A stretch of 63,996 nt of DNA, filler included, from Octopus bimaculoides (Eukaryota): the NCBI RefSeq assembly GCF_001194135.2. It is 10 parts of 9 records of this genome, joined end to end, with 100 filler letters (N's around TTAATTAATTAA, not from the genome) between each part and the next. Parts side by side here need not be neighbours in the genome. Positions count along the whole stretch, not along the records: positions 48,388 to 56,551 come from NC_068982.1; positions 56,652 to 59,675 come from NC_068994.1; positions 59,776 to 62,848 come from NC_068986.1; 7 more parts are not named here. One strand, written 5' to 3'. The position numbers were made by a program, and so were the translations under genes. The notes under the pieces were generated by a model. The model ran no database searches. It was given only the letters and a program-made list of their open reading frames with translations, and was not told the DNA's origin. Numbering within the stretch: position 1 is the stretch's first letter; each line of letters opens with the position of its first letter. Of this stretch, positions 48,694 to 61,841 are shown piece after piece.

Positions 48694-49381
48694 TAGGGTG
48701 CGGTGAATAATCTGTCGTCTAAATTACGCAAAATTGAAAATGACACTGACATCTCATTTTAACAGATATATTTACCAAAATTGCATAAAAATATCATGAA
48801 ATACTAAAGAGTAAATTTATTCAATAGAATCACCATGGCTTCAATCACGGCTTCCAGACGACTTCGGAGTCTCCTGCAACTCTTCTGAATGGTCTCCTTG
48901 TTTAAGTTGGGGAACAAGGAGGCCAGACCGTCTTCCAGCAGCGACCCTCTTGACCTAGGGCAGCACTACCTCTTCTTGGGACTTAATGTAGGCCTCCGCG
49001 TTGAATCTGAGGCCGTATTGGAAGATGAATGGAAGCATAACGTCGGCATCACAAGCGATCACTCCAAACACCATAATGTTGACTGGATGTTTGATTTTTA
49101 TCACTCTCGGTACATGTCCTCAGATTGCAGTATCCTCAAATTGACACCCAAACACTCTGAAATGTCCGTATTGGAGCTTCTGGCGCGAATGCAAAGCAGT
49201 ACAGTATGTCGTTTCCAAATTTATGACAGAGTGAATTGCGTCATGGTGCTGTTTTTTCTCAGAGAGGATGGTTCCCAACTGACCGTACTATAGTGTGTGG
49301 TCGATAAAATCAAAAACAAACAATGCGCATGCATGAAATAAAAAATATAAAATGGTGACAATTTATCCATTACACCCACTG
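48694..49381 (-). mobile_element. DD37D/maT-type non-autonomous transposon with both TIRs (688 bp)
   Basis: TA|tagggtgcggtgaataatctgtcg vs the reverse complement of gtgacaatttatccattacacccactg; KHPVNIMVFGVI..D.DVMLPFIF..GLRFN; homologous to 28001-28647. Confidence 0.85.
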
Positions 49382-50784
49382 TGCGTGTGTGTGTGTGTNN
49401 NNNNNNNNNNNNNNNNNNNNNNNNNNNNNNNNNNNNNNNNNNNNNNNNNNNNNNNNNNNNNNNNNNNNNNNNNNNNNNNNNNNNNNNNNNNNNNNNNNAT
49501 TATAGAAACATATAAATATAGTATTTTGTAGCATAGATTATCTTATTGCAAAGAAAATACATTTAACCATAACACAGTAAAATCTAGTTTCCTATCAGAC
49601 TAACCGAACATTAGGTGGCTTCATTCTTCCACATTCTATTCTTAATTGAGTTTGGTTAATTAATATTTCAACGATTTGTTTCCTGACTCTCTCGAACAGA
49701 ATAAATCGTTAATTTAAATGTATATTACTTTTCTTTTCACCAACCAATTAATTAAAATCTCTTAACTCACTATATTAAATAAGTTATCATCAACTGTACA
49801 ACTATACCATTATTTAAGTATAGTATATATTCAGTAAAACGCATATATGTATATATATATAAACACACGTTTATTTAGTACAGCGCAAACATCTTTATAC
49901 CATGCGAAAGAATTATAGTATCAGTATTAATCAAAAGGCGTAATACGATATCAAAAAATAACTTAAACTAAATCATTCTAAGTAGAAACACACAATTACC
50001 AAATCAATAATAATATAGGCTAATTAAGTGTGAAATTTGTTACTTTTCAAAGGAAGTGTATTCTCAAGTTCATTTGACCTATAGTTTATGATAAATGCTT
50101 TTTGTTTTACTCTTTTCTTTATTTAATTTCATTTCCTTTCAATGAATTTCTAGTATAGCTTGATTTATTACTCGTTTATTTTATTACNNNNNNNNNNNNN
50201 NNNNNNNNNNNNNNNNNNNNNNNNNNNNNNNNNNNNNNNNNNNNNNNNNNNNNNNNNNNNNNNNNNNNNNNNNNNNNNNNNNNNNNNNNNNNNNNNNNNN
50301 NNNNNNNNNNNNNNNNNNNNNNNNNNNNNNNNNNNNNNNNNNNNNNNNNNNNNNNNNNNNNNNNNNNNNNNNNNNNNNNNNNNNNNNNNNNNNNNNNNNN
50401 NNNNNNNNNNNNNNNNNNNNNNNNNNNNNNNNNNNNNNNNNNNNNNNNNNNNNNNNNNNNNNNNNNNNNNNNNNNNNNNNNNNNNNNNNNNNNNNNNNNN
50501 NNNNNNNNNNNNNNNNNNNNNNNNNNNNNNNNNNNNNNNNNNNNNNNNNNNNNNNNNNNNNNNNNNNNNNNNNGCCACAGACATGTGTACCCTTAACGTA
50601 GTTCTCAGAGAGACATAGAATGTAACAAAGCTGGTCCTTTGAAATACAGGTTCAAGTCATTTATGCCAGCTGAATGGACTGGAGCAACGTGAAATGAAGT
50701 GTCTCGCTCAAGGTACAACAGGCCGCCGGGGAAAAAATTCGTGATCTTTCGATTGTGACTCGGTTACCACGCGCCTTCACATAT

Positions 50785-51035
50785 CTATGTTGGCACTCCG
50801 TCGCTTACGACGTCGAGGGTTCCAGTTGATCCGATCAACGGAACAGCCTGCTCGTGAAATTAACGTGCAAGTGGCTGAGCACTCCACAGACACGTGTACA
50901 CTTAACGTAGTTCTCGAGGATATTCAGCGTGATACAGTGTGACGAGGCTAACACTTTGAAATACAGATACAACAGAAACAAGAAGAAAGAGTGAGAGAAA
51001 GTTGTGGTGAAAGAGTAGATATTGTGAGATAAGAA
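50785..51035 (-). mobile_element. SINE family C, 3' part
   Basis: Reverse complement of ~47460-47680 (gagggttccagttgatccgatcaacggaacagcctgctcgtgaaattaacgtgcaagtggctgagcactccacagacacgtg). Confidence 0.88.
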
Positions 51036-51427
51036 GATGTATAGAAAGATAGGGAGGGGAAAAGAAAGGAGGGATAAAACAAAGTAAAAAGAGAGAGAGA
51101 GGTGAGAGGAACGGGCAAATTGTAAATATAAACAAAATGCACGAATGGAAACGAAAGAAGAGGAGAGAAGGTAAAAATACTGAGAAGTAAAAATAAAAGA
51201 TGGAAGACAAAATAAAAGATAATTTGCAGAAATTATTATTAGGTTATGGGAAGAAATTATTTGAAAGAGCTAAAAAAAAGTGTTAATTCAAAGAATACAT
51301 TTGGAAGCTCACTCTCACTCTCATAAGCATATATAACTACACATATCCTAGTACATATTCCTACTTCAAACACACAGACACACATATATGCTTTAATAGA
51401 TGTTCACACACATACAGAAAAGCACAT

Positions 51428-51672
51428 ATACATTATTTACATTCGACGGATATTTGTCCTCGTCTTGTTGTTAACATAACGTTTCGGCTGATATACCCTC
51501 CAGCCTTCTTCAGGTGCCTTGGAGAACCTGGATTCTCATTCTTAGGATATTTTTCGATGTTGTTATTATCATTATTATTATTATTATTATTGTTGTTGTT
51601 GTTGTTGTTCAGGTCACTGCCTGGAATCGAGTTGTTAGTAGTCCGCGCTCTTAACCACTACGCCATATGCCC
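51428..51672 (-). mobile_element. Composite SINE-like element: tRNA-like head, (AAC)n(AAT)n linker, hammerhead-containing body
   Basis: A box TGGCGTAGTGG, degenerate B box CTCGATTCC, hammerhead motif at 51473-51518. That the parts form one element is inferred from adjacency and shared orientation. Confidence 0.6.
51473..51518 (-). ncRNA. Minimal type I hammerhead ribozyme motif
   Basis: GGCAC-CTGAAGA-A-GGCTG-GAGGGTATAT-CAGCC-GAAAC-GTT-ATGTT: complete CUGANGA/GAAA core, 5-bp helix II, palindromic AACGTT helix III, helix I 4 of 5 pairs (C.A mismatch next to the cleavage site). Confidence 0.7.
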
Positions 51673-52120
51673 GTGGGTAATTATTGAGTGAATTTTAGGA
51701 CTTATAAATCTAATATTTTTCTATCCTTCCTTAATACTGGTTCCCATATCTGCACTCGGTCTGCTTAGGAGGTTGTTGTGTCCTAGCATATGTGCNNNNN
51801 NNNNNNNNNNNNNNNNNNNNNNNNNNNNNNNNNNNNNNNNNNNNNNNNNNNNNNNNNNNNNNNNNNNNNNNNNNNNNNNNNNNNNNNNNNNNNNNNNNNN
51901 NNNNNNNNNNNNNNNNNNNNNNNNNNNNNNNNNNNNNNNNNNNNNNNNNNNNNNNNNNNNNNNNNNNNNNNNNNNNNNNNNNNNNNNNNNNNNNNNNNNN
52001 NNNNNNNNNNNNNNNNNNNNNNNNNNNNNNNNNNNNNNNNNNNNNNNNNNNNNNNNNNNNNNNNNNNNNNNNNNNNNNNNNTATATATATATATATTAGA
52101 TACATACATATATATACATG

Positions 52121-52228
52121 CTGTTGAAGAGCGTAGCTCGAAACATTTAAAGACTTTCTCTATTCCCGAGCGTTAAACTAATACATCCTTTTGTTGTTTA
52201 CGCCACCTGTCCTCGTCTGGTGGTAGTG
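52121..52228 (+). repeat. Short repeat family with degenerate hammerhead-like motif (copy 2 of 3)
   Basis: CTGTTGA-A-GAGC-GTA-GCTC-GAAAC-ATTT-AAAGA; 5' helix I strand lost to the adjacent microsatellite. Confidence 0.7.
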
Positions 52229-52939
52229 GTGGTGTGTTTATTGTTTATCTGCAGTTTTGCCCTACCTGAGACAGGCTTGTGATTGTGTGTCTATGACTTT
52301 CCTGTTTTTTTTCTAATTCTGGTCTTTGCATATCTAACACTGTATTCACCGATATGTTATTCAACCATTCTGCGATTAACAACAATACGGTGGTGGTGGG
52401 GGGACCGATTCTAACGAGATTTACACTGATATTTGCAAACAAGTCAAACAACCATTGTAGAAGCCACGTCGTTAGTTCGAATAACAAATAGTGATAAAAT
52501 GGATGGAAGAAGGTCAATTCAATCAACAATAACCATCCAATAATTGTATAGCAATGTAATAATGTGAGAAATCAATACATGTATCATAACACCTATCTTT
52601 AAATATACTAATTATCGGTTGATAACACACAACTCACTGAAGAAAACAAACACGTACACACTACACATACAGACAGCTGACGCATCACGCTCACAAACCA
52701 TAGCATACATACACGCACATCCACGCAGTTTCTGATCGCGACCTCAATTGGAATACTTTAGTTCATCGGTATCTTCAGTTATCCACTAAATCTTTGCAAG
52801 TATTGAAACATTTATCTTAGATATCGGCAGGTGTTGCAGACAAACCGGATAGTCAGAAAGAGTCACGTGAGAGTATAAGATGGCTGACAGACAATATAGT
52901 ATTCTGCTGTTCATTACAATAAATGCGTGCGTCTCTCTG

Positions 52940-53026
<87 letters not shown>

Positions 53027-53605
53027 NNNNNNNNNNNNNNNNNNNNNNNNNNNNNNNNNNNNNNNNNNNNNNNNNNNNNNNNNNNNNNNNNNNNNNNNNN
53101 NNNNNNNNNNNNNNNNNNNNNNNNNNNNNNNNNNNNNNNNNNNNNNNNNNNNNNNNNNNNNNNNNNNNNNNNNNNNNNNNNNNNNNNNNNNNNNNNNNNN
53201 NNNNNNNNNNNNNNNNNNNNNNNNNNNNNNNNNNNNNNNNNNNNNNNNNNNNNNNNNNNNNNNNNNNNNNNNNNNNNNNNNNNNNNNNNNNNNNNNNNNN
53301 NNNNNNNNNNNNNNNNNNNNNNNNNNNNNNNNNNNNNNNNNNNNNNNNNNNNNNNNNNNNNNNNNNNNNNNNNNNNNNNNNNNNNNNNNNNNNNNNNNNN
53401 NNNNNNNNNNNNNNNNNNNNNNNNNNNNNNNNNNNNNNNNNNNNNNNNNNNNNNNNNNNNNNNNNNNNNNNNNNNNNNNNNNNNNNNNNNNNNNNNNNNN
53501 NNNNNNNNNNNNNNNNNNNNNNNNNNNNNNNNNNNNNNNNNNNNNNNNNNNNNNNNNNNNNNNNNNNNNNNNNNNNNNNNNNNNNNNNNNNNNNNNNNNN
53601 NNNNN

Positions 53606-53666
<61 letters not shown>

Positions 53667-54289
53667 GAGAGAGAGCGTCATATAGACACACGTCTATATA
53701 TCTACGTGTATGTATGTCTCTATATACTTATAGATATACACACGTATATATATACATTTACACATTCGTTCGCACATATATACATATACATACATATATC
53801 GATTAGATGAGAAACCTCTGTTGTTAAAATGATAATTACTTCTTTAATTTGTTTATATATATCTTATCAACACATTGTGATTTTTCATTTTCAACCACGT
53901 ATTCCCAAGACACAGTTATCTCCAAGTTTCCGTCTCTTACTCGCCTGGCTTTGCCCTCCAATTAATTAATTGTTTCTGTTTACTCTTGTTTACGTCAGTT
54001 TCAACTTTTTGTTTCCTACCACCAGGTAATATATATGCATATGTATGAATATATGCGCACGCAAGCATGGAGACACGTAGACACGCATACGTGCACAGCC
54101 CTTATCACGCACGTACATGAAGCGGTATAATCTTTAAGGATTTAGCGCAGTCAGGGGCAACCTGCAGTCCGTGGGACTTTCTGAGAAGCGCATGCAAAGA
54201 AAAAGACATTGTTTCTAGGCAACTGACATGCACGCACACAACACACACACACACACACGCACAAGTATACTTACATTCTTAAACACACA

Positions 54290-54538
54290 CATACATAGAC
54301 AGACAGACAGACGAATGGACGGACGGATGTATAGGTTGATGGATAGACAGATAGACAGATAGACAGTCAGACAGGTTGGTGGAAAGAAAGATAGGTAGAT
54401 AAATAGACAGACAGACAGATAAAAAGACAGACCGATAAAAAGACACACAGATAGATAGATAGACATACATACATACAGACAGACAGACAGACAGGCAGGC
54501 AGGCAGGCAGACAGACAGACAGACAGATATATATATAT

Positions 54539-54584
<46 letters not shown>

Positions 54585-54740
54585 GAAAGCATACATGCAT
54601 ACATACATACATANNNNNNNNNNNNNNNNNNNNNNNNNNNNNNNNNNNNNNNNNNNNNNNNNNNNNNNNNNNNNNNNNNNNNNNNNNNNNNNNNNNNNNN
54701 NNNNNNNNNNNNNNNNNNNNNNNNNNNNNNAGACAGACAG
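54290..54740. repeat. Compound tetranucleotide microsatellite (AGAC/GGAC/AGAT/ACAT/AGGC) with gap
   Basis: Directly visible. Confidence 0.95.
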
Positions 54741-55899
54741 ACAGATATATATATATATATTGAAAAGAAAAACAGGACAAGAAAATGATTAACGGAAAAG
54801 CACAAATAACAAAAATGTTGAAATCCTCTCGTCAGCCATGGAGACCAGACTCAAGATAAGTTTCGGCGCATTTAAAGTCCCATGATTTTTAAATTCTATG
54901 GTATTATTCATATTCTTCGTTGTTTGAAACAAATATATATTCTATATTATTGATTGATGGACAAACAATAATGAAAAAGGGAAGTGCAACAGCATCAAAG
55001 TGAGACGGAAAACTAATAACAGAAACAACGACTAATGAAACAAAGGTAGACACACATATGTATTTATATATATATGTATATATATGTATTTATATATATG
55101 TATATATATGTATTTATATACTTATATATACATATACATCTATATATATTTATAAATATACATACTCACACACTCATACATACATACATACATACATACA
55201 TACATACATACATACATACATAATCTCAAAGTTTTGTATGCGTTTGCTGTCCGATTTTCCTTCTTCCAAATTTTGAAATGAGATCGAAATATAAAGGTTA
55301 AGTGAAATAGTTTTAAAATATTTAGTAACTATTTATCATTTGTAGGGAAAATCGAATGTAATAAAACTGTGAAAAGTTTGTTCTACTTTCTTTACGTGAA
55401 AAACATTTCCTTCATTCTTTTCAAATAATAATTTCTAGAACATCAGCGGAAGTGAAAAAGAAGTAAGTACAAGTTTAAAGATGGAGACAGGAAGTAGAAG
55501 TGAAGGTGAATGCAGCCAATAAAAGTAGCTGATGGTATTCAGTAATGTTAGCAGCGAATTTTCTAAAATTTTCTTATTTTCACACGTAACTTCAGTGAAT
55601 CAAAAGTTGCAGAATACAGATGTGAGTCTAAAGCAAATATGTTCTTCAAAATCAAAAATAAGAGAAACGTTTTTATCAAATTATGTTAAAATTAAGATTT
55701 TATATACGGTTTTAATAACAGTTTAGACTAATCCAAGAGTTTTGGTTACGTATATAGACACACTTCCTTAGACGTGTTAGGTACTCATTGCTTTCTTTGT
55801 ATGACTATTAGAAAATATAATGGATTATATCTTGCTGTGTCTGCATGTACGTATGTACGTAGTTACCTACTTACAAAACCATCTATAAACACACACACA

Positions 55900-55939
<40 letters not shown>

Positions 55940-56551
55940 TATGTATATGTATGTATGTATATGTATGTATGAATGAATGTATGTTTTCATATACTCATTT
56001 ATAGATATATATATATATGAGTCTTTGCAAGTGGGCAAGCATGCGTGTTTGTGTGCGTAAATGTGTTTGTATGTGTGTAGATTTAGCTTCATGTAAACGT
56101 TTATATGCGTGATATTTTCTTGTTGCTTAAATTCATATAAGGAACCAGAGTTTCTTAACACAAAAACAAGACCAAAAAAAAACCACCTGCCTCATTGGAA
56201 TTTAAATAAGAAATAAAATGTAAAAAATACATCGTTAAAACTACGTATGTTTGCGTGAAGTATGTGCTTATGTCTACGTTCAAGCACGTTTATATATGAA
56301 CAAATATGTATAAATATGTACACATATATAACCATATATACATACGCTAATTCATATGTGCATATATATATATATTTGTATAAGGGGTATGTGTACCGCC
56401 ATATATGTGTGTGTGTATGTAGGTATACGTATATGCATTCATACATATATACACATGTATAAGAATAGATATGTATATATATATATATATACATATCAAT
56501 GAACATATATTTCTATATATATATGTATATATGTGTATATATATATATATA

Positions 56552-56651
56552 NNNNNNNNNNNNNNNNNNNNNNNNNNNNNNNNNNNNNNNNNNNNTTAAT
56601 TAATTAANNNNNNNNNNNNNNNNNNNNNNNNNNNNNNNNNNNNNNNNNNNN
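56552..56651. other. Artificial scaffolding spacer N44-TTAATTAATTAA-N44
   Basis: 100 bp; linker at 56596-56607. Confidence 0.95.
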
Positions 56652-57612
56652 TAAGAAAATATAATGTTTTTCAAGGATAGTAAATGAAATCTTTATTGGG
56701 ATTAAAATATAATAAAGTAAAATTTAGGAAAAAATAATTACAACATTCTCTATACCATCTTTGACATATATAAAGAGATTTAGAAGTAGCCCCCCCCCCC
56801 CAAATGAAAGATATTTGTAAAGTATCCTTCACGCCCATATACAACCACATACACTCACTCAACTTCCATACATCCATACACCCAAACTCACGCAAAACGT
56901 CTACACATTGCACACATATTCATGACTCAACAAACACTACCTCACGATTGCGGACATCCACCAATACACTCCTCATACCACCCCCACGATCTCGCACACA
57001 CGTACACCCCTCTCTACACCCATCCACACACTCACACCTCCCACTCACGCCTCAACACTTTTACCTGCACTCATACACATCTTTGTTTCTACACACGAAT
57101 ACGTAGTCCCTGGAACATTTCTTTTTAGCAAAACTAGTGGTTGCTTATGCATACAAGTTTCCCCTCGTTGCGCCTTATCCAAGAGGAAGACTGCCAAATT
57201 GAGACGCTATAACTTGGCAGCAATGTCTTCACAGGCATTGCTGTCAGAACGCAAAGTGTCAGGAGAGATACTGCTAGGCATCTTATTCGATTCTCAAACT
57301 CTTTCGCTAATCCAACATCCTGGACTTGTATATTATTATCGACTAGGAAAGAATAAAAAAACAAAATTGATCTCGACCGGAAATTGAACTCAAAGAGCAA
57401 AGAGTCGGAATAAGTATAGCAATGATTCTGCCCATTCGTCGTCTTTACTCAGCATTGCCTACATCCTACACAAGACTGCAAATTTAGATCACAGTATAAC
57501 TTCAATACACTATAGGGCAACTTATACAACATATCTTTTGTACACTCACCTCGCAATATTCTATACACTCACTACACAATACGCAACTACAATATACTAT
57601 CAAGTACATTAA

Positions 57613-57705
57613 CCTTTAGCATACTGCATTTTCTCTAGAATTGTTTTCCCTGTCACTGCCATGTTACTATAGGGGTGGCGTGAGGCACCTACAGTGTGCT
57701 AAAGG
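57613..57705. mobile_element. 93-bp MITE with TTAA target-site duplication (piggyBac-type ends)
   Basis: TTAA|cctttagcatactg ... cagtgtgctaaagg|TTAA; 14-bp TIR with one mismatch. Confidence 0.8.
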
Positions 57706-58299
57706 TTAAAGGCTTATAAGTCAAAACTATGCCTCCACCTCTGTTAGCAATGGTACTACAGAAATTAGAGCCAGCATTGATTTGTTACAATATAACGAGT
57801 TTATATGCATATTTCAGGAGATCTTGTCCCTTCTCCAGGACCACATCCAACCCATTAAGCATTCGAGAATTCATTGTTTAAATAACAACCAAATATAACA
57901 ACAGAATTGATTGGATATACAAATTTTATTTAAGAAACACATTCCTGGTAACTGGTTCGTACATATTAATTAATGGTAGGGACACCGCATTTCGTTATGT
58001 GACCATAATATACTAGCACGTACACCTGTAGAAATTGGAGACAGCACTGGTTTGTTACGACTAGAAATTAGTCGGAATTAAATGTCTTACTCTATGTATC
58101 TTTTTATCGTGTTGAAAGGCAAACATTTACACAGAAGCACACATACATTGACACAAACAAAACTATACATATATGCATTTATGTATCTAGCTATATCAAT
58201 CTATCTATCTGTATTTATCGTTATCTACCTTTAGCTATGTATCAATCTATATATGTATGTATCTATGTTTCTTTCTTTATCAATATATTGCTTTCGAAT

Positions 58300-58490
58300 T
58301 TTGACATAAGGTCAGCAATTTCTGGGAAAAGTGTTAGTCGATTACATTGACTCCAGTGTTCAACTGGTTCTTATTTTATCGATTCCGGAAGGATGAAAGG
58401 CAAAAATCGGCCTCAACGGAATTTGAGCTCAGAACGTAAAGACAGACGTTTTGTGCAGCTTGCTAACGATTCTACCAGCTCGTCGCCTTA
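58300..58490 (-). mobile_element. tRNA-derived SINE, family A
   Basis: gtcgattacattgactccagtgttcaactggttcttattttatcgattccggaaggatgaaaggc...ggaatttgagctcagaacgtaaagacagacg...gctaacgattctaccagctcgtcgcc. Confidence 0.85.
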
Positions 58491-59614
58491 TGTTTATCTA
58501 TGTATTGACACCTTTGTTTTGTGCATTTTTTTTTATTCATTCTTCGTATTCTCCACACACATGCGACACATACACATGTACGTACACACATACATAATAT
58601 ACAATATATAATATATGTATATATATATATGTATATTATACTTAATCTATCATATATAATATAATACATTATAATATAATATAATACACACACACACATA
58701 AATATATACTTATTCATATATACATGTATGTATCTACGCGACCAAGTACATACACATAATCATATACATTCATCTTATACCCAGTCACCCCACCACCACA
58801 CACAGAACCACTTATAGATGACAGCAGAAGTACATCATTTGTTTCCAAATGAAATGAAAAAGAAAGAAAATTCGAGCCTCGACTTCTTCAAAAATCTTCA
58901 TCATGAACAGGTGCCTGATGAATTTTTGATATTCGAACTGCATCCACCCCACTCTCTATTTGACTTTTGATTGGTTACTCATCATTTTTGGCATTTGTGG
59001 TGGGGGGTGCTTTTTTTTCCTATATTTATTACTTAAAAAGAAAATTGATAAGACAGCAACAAAAATAAAAAAAGAAACAAACAGAAAAGTAAATAAGCAA
59101 AAGATGATGATAAAAAAACATAAAACAACACCAAAATATTACATCAAATTGCCTTCTTTTCGATTCCTCATAATAACCAGAGAACATCGTTTGTTGAGGA
59201 GAAAAAGTGGTGACTGATAAAGTGACAGAGAACGTGTAGAGTGCTAAAAACTCCAATTATACCATGCGATATTTAGTTATGTGCCGTGAATAAACATGCA
59301 TACTTGAATGCATACATAGATACACACATACATGCATGCATGCATCTAGACATTCATTCATACATGCATACATACATACATGCATACGTATGATTATATA
59401 TGCGTATGTACATATACATGGATATAGGTTCAGATGCATGTATATGTATTTGGTTAATGAGAGATGGAAGATGGAAGATATGAGAATTTTTATTAACCAC
59501 TACAATTGTTTCGACCCACCTAGCATCAATCACTCATTAACCAAATACGAAACGAAAACTGTGAAAGTCACCAGGTATAAACCATTCGTTTTATTATTTA
59601 TTATCTTATCTATC

Positions 59615-59675
<61 letters not shown>

Positions 59676-59775
59676 NNNNNNNNNNNNNNNNNNNNNNNNN
59701 NNNNNNNNNNNNNNNNNNNTTAATTAATTAANNNNNNNNNNNNNNNNNNNNNNNNNNNNNNNNNNNNNNNNNNNN
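59676..59775. other. Artificial scaffolding spacer N44-TTAATTAATTAA-N44
   Basis: 100 bp; linker at 59720-59731. Confidence 0.95.
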
Positions 59776-61841
59776 CTGTGTGCAGTCATCCAGCGATCAG
59801 GTAGTGACTGACCAACTTCCCACACACCGAGAACAGCTCTCTCCTGCTGATGCTGAAACTTAGCTCTGGGATTTCGTTTCCTCTCCAGAACACCAACTCA
59901 ACCGATTTATCTCTTTGTAGCTTCAGACCCAGTGCAGCTCCCCCCACCATCGATTCCGGTGGCTTCGCAATCAGCCCGAACTTCTCCAGATGTCTCACTA
60001 CCTCGTTGGCTAGTACTACAGTCACGTCCACCAAAATGTTGTCTATGTAGGAACCGGTGGCCTCTCTTATCTTGTCCTCTTTCCCTAGGACAAACTTAAA
60101 CACCGTCGTCATGATCTTTGGAGCGGAATTCAGCCCGAAACCCAGCCTGGTTAAACAGTATGTCCGGCTCTTGTACCGCACCAGCTGATATCGCCACAGT
60201 TTGTCACTCACATGGAGCTGCAAGTACGCTGACTTCAAGTTGACAATCGTCACTGCCTTGGTCGACTGTCTCCACACATGTAACGTCTCGCCACAAACTG
60301 CCGTCACCTCGCCTCCTGTGTGGCACAATATATGCTCGTTCAGCTCTCTAAAGTCCAGCACTGGTCTGACTTCTCCTTTCGTTGGCTGCACCACCGCCAT
60401 CAGAGGTAGCACTCCACTCACCACCTCCTCCTTCCACTGGACAAGGACTCCTTCTTTGATCCATCTCTCTANNNNNNNNNNNNNNNNNNNNNNNNNNNNN
60501 NNNNNNNNNNNNNNNNNNNNNNNNNNNNNNNNNNNNNNNNNNNNNNNNNNNNNNNNNNNNNNNNNNNNNNNNNNNNNNNNNNNNNNNNNNNNNNNNNNNN
60601 NNNNNNNNNNNNNNNNNNNNNNNNNNNNNNNNNNNNNNNNNNNNNNNNNNNNNNNNNNNNNNNNNNNNNNNNNNNNNNNNNNNNNNNNNNNNNNNNNNNN
60701 NNNNNNNNNNNNNNNNNNNNNNNNNNNNNNNNNNNNNNNNNNNNNNNNNNNNNNNNGGCGATCCTGACTCACAGCGCACAATGCCCCCATGCTTCTGAAC
60801 ATGACCTCATCTCCTGCAATACTGACACCACCATGGCGGTTGATGGCATCCATCCCCATCACCACATCAACCTCGTCTATCACGCGTTCGACCACAATTA
60901 CTTGCAGTCTTAGCATTGCGCCTCACACCACTATCTCTATATTGCTGCTACCCTTGCATCGGATTTCACTGCCGTCGACCACCCGGACGCTACTTGCTCC
61001 ATTCCATTTCTTCGTCACCCTTGAAGTCATGAGGGTGGTCGTGCAACCCATATCCACGAGGGCTTTGAAGTCTTCCCCTCGGCCTCGACATCAATTACGG
61101 GCAGCGTCTCCAAAAGCAACTCTACTCATTTGCGGGGAAAGTTCAAGAGGCAGCAACTTCCCCACGGTTGTTTCTCTTGTTGCAATCACGGGCGATGTGC
61201 CCTGTCTGCTTGCATCGATAACAGACAGGCCCTGGTTGCGTACACTCCCTCACTATGTGCGAAAACACTGGCCTGAGAACGGCCGCTGAGTTGCACAGTA
61301 GGCTTGTTCGCGTCTTTCTCCGGCCTCGTCCGTCTTTATGCGCCTCCATTATCGCCATCGCTATCGCTTTCCATCCAGTGTTTCGCGTCAACACACAAGC
61401 TTGAGTCAGATGTTCGCTCAGCTCCATTTTTTTGCCCCCAGGCAATTGCTGCAGTTGAATCCCTACATCATCAGGGAACCCAATTACGAACGCCAGTCGC
61501 GCCGCTCTGTCCAGGCCTTCTCCCGTAAACCCAACCAGCATGACCAGCCTATGCACCTCCGCCGCATATTCATCCACCTGCTCTCCCATCCATCTAATCA
61601 TTCCTAGCTTAACAAAGGCTGTATACTCACACTTGGTGTAAGCCTCTCTCAGACGTCGCTCACTCTTCTCCAGTCTTTCCTCCTTGTCCATCTTGAGATG
61701 TAGAGTCAATGCACTCCCTTCCAAATATAGTGCCATAAGGCTTGCCACAAGCCTGATTTTACGCATCCAGGCCACTACATTGCTCTCACCATTAAAGAGC
61801 CTGATAATGTCGTTGGCGATCCTAATTTTAGCTGCCATCAT
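59776..61841 (-). mobile_element. Ty3/gypsy-type LTR retrotransposon: gag (61143-61841), protease (~60790-61110), RT (59786-60470); truncated by the spacer and inactivated
   Basis: Gag with CYRCKQTGHIARDC knuckle plus a degenerate first knuckle; protease FKALVDMGC (DTG-like; Asp codon 61052-61054); RT VRPVLDFRELN, NLKSAYLQ, LTRLGFGLNSAP, SYIDNI (catalytic Asp residues appear as Asn). LTR limits not resolved. Confidence 0.88.

Noticed and set aside
55440-55730. ETS-like cggaagtg plus GTAAGT as a promoter/first exon, or a hAT transposase remnant (VNQKLQNTD)
   Set aside because: Short motifs expected by chance; the two readings conflict and neither has independent support.
56800-57110. C/A-rich strand-asymmetric tract resembling telomeric or coding sequence
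   Set aside because: No fixed repeat unit such as TTAGGG; looks like a decayed (CA)n-derived low-complexity region.
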